From: Myxococcota bacterium
GTDB lineage: Bacteria > Myxococcota_A > UBA9160 > JAFDET01
Assembly: GCA_028278065.1 (NCBI GenBank)
Contig: JANQFA010000251.1
Span: 11,186-75,185, forward strand
Reading direction: 5' to 3'
Length of the DNA: 64,000 bases
A program made the position numbers and the translations under genes. How positions within the stretch are numbered: the first letter of the stretch is position 1; the number at the start of each line of letters is the position of its first letter. Shown here in pieces: positions 61,633 through 64,000 of this stretch. The notes under the pieces were generated by a model that made no database searches, was not told the DNA's origin, and saw nothing but the letters and a program-made list of their open reading frames with translations.

Positions 61633-62718
61633 CTACTCGATCCCGTACAACCTCGCGCAGTTGTCGGCGATGATCTTGCGCATGGCTTCGTCGCCGAGGC
61701 TGGCGATGGGCGACTCCTCGATGGCCTTGCGGGACTCGGGCCAGGTGCTGTCGCCGTGGGGGTAGTCGGAGGCCCACATCACGTTGTCGACTCCGATGTG
61801 GGGGATCAGCTCGACGCCGATCTTCTCGTCCTCGTAGGTGACGAAGATCTGCCGCGCGAAGATCTCGCTGGGCTTCATTTCGAGGCGATGATCCTCGATG
61901 GTGTCCCAGTACTTCACCAGCTCGTGGTCGAGGCGTTCCACCACGTACGGGATCCAGCCGAGTCCGGCCTCGCCCAGGACCAGCTTCACGTTGGGTCGCT
62001 TCTCGAGGATGCCCGAGAAGACCATCCCCGAGAGCACCTCGTCGAGCTGCATGGGGATGACCGCCACGAAGGCGGGCATGCGCCACGAGCCGAGCTGCGG
62101 CTTCAGGCTGTGCATGCCCGGCCCGAGGTGGATCGAGATGGGAAGGCGGGTCTCCTCGACGGCGTCCCAGAAGGGGTGCCACACGTCCTCGAAGATCGGC
62201 TGCTCGCCGTGGAACTGGTGGATGATGGCGCCGCGGTGACCCATCTTGGCCGCGCGCAGGATCTCGTCGCGGGCCTCGCCGGGATCGTGGCTCGGGATGT
62301 CCGCGAGGCACACGAGGCGGTTGGGGTCGGCGGCGTTGAACTCCGCCGCCCAGTCGTTGTAGGCACGCTGGCAGGCCGCGCGGAGGATGGGCTCCTCGAT
62401 GCGCATCTGCGTCGTGGTCGGGCTGTAGATGACGTGGGTGTGGACCCCGTCCCGGTCCATGTCCTCGAGGCGCGTCTCGGCGGCGCCCGGACGGAAGCCG
62501 TGTGCCTCGGCGCGGATGTAGCCGGCCTGCTTGCGGCCGCTCGGAGAGACGCGCTGGCCGTCGATCTCCCAGAAGGGCCCGTCGTCGGTCTCCACCACCC
62601 GCGGCCCGCGCTCGCGCAGCTCCTCGGGCAGGCGCTGCTGGTAGAGGTCGGGGGGAAGGACGTGGATGTCCATGTGGTCGTCGGCCGAGACGATGCGCTG
62701 ATCGGGGGCGAGGGCCAT
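61633..62718 (-). CDS. amidohydrolase_2 family protein
   Basis: Start at ATG 62718. Motifs VSADDHMDIHV, SIHLG and ASDYPHGD. The C-terminus LYGIE and the first 17 nt on the plus strand match the 49816 paralogue. Confidence 0.85.
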   Translation of the reverse strand: MALAPDQRIVSADDHMDIHVLPPDLYQQRLPEELRERGPRVVETDDGPFWEIDGQRVSPSGRKQAGYIRAEAHGFRPGAAETRLEDMDRDGVHTHVIYSPTTTQMRIEEPILRAACQRAYNDWAAEFNAADPNRLVCLADIPSHDPGEARDEILRAAKMGHRGAIIHQFHGEQPIFEDVWHPFWDAVEETRLPISIHLGPGMHSLKPQLGSWRMPAFVAVIPMQLDEVLSGMVFSGILEKRPNVKLVLGEAGLGWIPYVVERLDHELVKYWDTIEDHRLEMKPSEIFARQIFVTYEDEKIGVELIPHIGVDNVMWASDYPHGDSTWPESRKAIEESPIASLGDEAMRKIIADNCARLYGIE

Positions 62719-62784
62719 GCGGGAATCTCCTGTGGACGCCGTCCAGAAATCTGACGGTGCGTCAGATATGCTACCACAGGGGCC

Positions 62785-63882
62785 GTGGAGTTCGAGCTGA
62801 CGCCGGATCAGGAGCAGCTGCGCGACGCCGTGCGCGAGGTGCTCGACGTCGAGAGCCCGCCGGAGGCGGCCCGGCGGGTGGCGGAGACGGGGCAGCCCGC
62901 CGCCGAGCCCTGGGCCAGCGCCGTGCGCCTGGGCTGGCCCGCCATCAGCGTGCCGGAGGCCCAGGGCGGGCTGGGCCTGGGCATGGAGGAGCTGGGGCTG
63001 GTCTTCGAGGAGCTCGGCGCGCACCTGGCGCCCGGGCCCTTCCTGGCCACGCTGGGCCTCTTCGCGCCCCTGGTCCGCGAGGCCGGGAGCCCCGCGCAGC
63101 GCGAGCGCTGGCTGGCTCCCCTGGCGGCGGGCGAGCTGCGCGCCGCCGCAGCTCCGCTGCCGGGAGCCTTGTGGGCGCGACCCGAGGGCGACGGCTGGCG
63201 GCTGCGAGGCGAAGCGCGCTTCGTCCTCGATGGGGGCGACGCGGAGGAGCTGGCGGTGGTCGCGCGGCTCGAGGCGGGCGACGGCCTGGGCCTCTTCGTC
63301 GCCCCGGCCTCCGCGGTCCGGGCGGAGTCGGTGGAAGCCCTCGATCCGAGCCGCCCGCTGGCCCATCTGTTCTTCGACGACGTCGCGCTCCCGGCGGATC
63401 GCGCGCTGGGTGCGGCGGGGGGCGCGGCCGACGCCGTCGCGCGTGCACGCGACGAGGCCCTGGTGGCCGTGTCCATGGAGACCGTCGGCGTGTGCCGGAC
63501 ACTCTTCGAGATCACTCTCGAGCACGCGAAGCAGCGTCATCAGTTCGGTGTGCCGATCGGATCGTTCCAGGCCGTGCAGCACAAGTGCGCAGACATGTTC
63601 GTCGCGCTCGAGAAGGCCCGGGCCACCGGCTGGTTCGCCATGATGTGCATCGCCGAGGACGACCCGCGCCGCGGCATCGCCTCCGCCATGGCCAAGGCTG
63701 CGGCGGGCGCCTGCCAGCGCCTGGTCTGCAAGGAGGGGATCCAGATCCACGGCGGCATGGGCTTCACCTGGGAGAGCGATGTCCATCTCTATGTGAAGCG
63801 GGCCAAGACGGGTGACCTCCTGCTCGGGAGCGCGCGCGAGCATCGCGCCCGCATCGGCGAGCTGCTGCTGGGGGTGGCGTGA
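62785..63882 (+). CDS. acyl-CoA dehydrogenase family protein
   Basis: GTG start. Motifs MEFELTPDQEQLRDAVRE, QFGVPIGSFQAVQH and IHGGMGFTWESDVHLYVKRA. Confidence 0.8.
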   Translation: MEFELTPDQEQLRDAVREVLDVESPPEAARRVAETGQPAAEPWASAVRLGWPAISVPEAQGGLGLGMEELGLVFEELGAHLAPGPFLATLGLFAPLVREAGSPAQRERWLAPLAAGELRAAAAPLPGALWARPEGDGWRLRGEARFVLDGGDAEELAVVARLEAGDGLGLFVAPASAVRAESVEALDPSRPLAHLFFDDVALPADRALGAAGGAADAVARARDEALVAVSMETVGVCRTLFEITLEHAKQRHQFGVPIGSFQAVQHKCADMFVALEKARATGWFAMMCIAEDDPRRGIASAMAKAAAGACQRLVCKEGIQIHGGMGFTWESDVHLYVKRAKTGDLLLGSAREHRARIGELLLGVA

Positions 63883-64000
63883 AGCTCCACTACGACCCTG
63901 CAACCGAGGCGTTCCGCGCGGAGCTGCGCGCCTGGCTCGACGAGAATCGTCCGACCCGGGGAGCGATGGAGAGCGAGCCCTCGCGTTCGTCGGCGCACAT
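63879..64000 (+). CDS. acyl-CoA dehydrogenase family protein, 3' end cut by window edge
   Basis: GTGA overlap with the upstream ACAD. The N-terminus VKLHYDPATEAFRAELRAWLDEN is typical of FadE-type proteins. Confidence 0.65.
   Translation, partial: MKLHYDPATEAFRAELRAWLDENRPTRGAMESEPSRSSAH

Overview
The window is a very GC-rich (about 70% by eye, not computed), tightly packed bacterial chromosomal segment. I call about 56 protein-coding genes, and many neighbours overlap by 1-4 nt at stop/start (ATGA, GTGA). I found no rRNA, tRNA, CRISPR array, transposase, integrase or phage genes, so it reads as core or metabolic DNA rather than a mobile island.

Gene content is mostly redox and CoA-thioester metabolism:
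- Five SDRs, an aldo/keto reductase, a Zn alcohol dehydrogenase, an LLM flavin oxidoreductase and a P450.
- Two amidohydrolase_2 genes, three family III CoA-transferase domains, an enoyl-CoA hydratase, an overlapping acyl-CoA dehydrogenase pair and a Cys-less thiolase-fold protein.
- Housekeeping genes (asd, thiI, sppA, a Pal-like lipoprotein, Ppx/GppA, a DinG-type helicase), two TetR units, an ECF sigma module and a glycoside-utilisation cluster (GH2, GH3, GPH symporter).
- Pal and SppA suggest a diderm bacterium; the taxon cannot be fixed from sequence alone.

Most notable observations:
1. A thioredoxin-fold gene that the ORF track splits at an in-frame TGA lying exactly at the catalytic Cys position. 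A SECIS-like hairpin follows, so this is a candidate selenoprotein. It is translationally coupled to a small CxC membrane protein.
2. A KAS III gene coupled to a 1856-aa single-chain BC-BCCP-CT carboxylase with a eukaryote-like domain order.
3. A thiolase-fold protein that lacks the nucleophilic Cys and carries a fused OB-fold (DUF35-like) tail.
4. A tandem-fused family III CoA-transferase.
5. Small repeat and regulatory structures: a 34-bp x3.3 hairpin-forming tandem array, a perfect 36-bp duplication across a stop codon, a palindromic -10 box between two abutting divergent genes, and a perfect TetR-type operator.

I do not see a clear multi-gene system of a wholly new kind. All family assignments are by-eye motif recognition; no database search or folding program was run.
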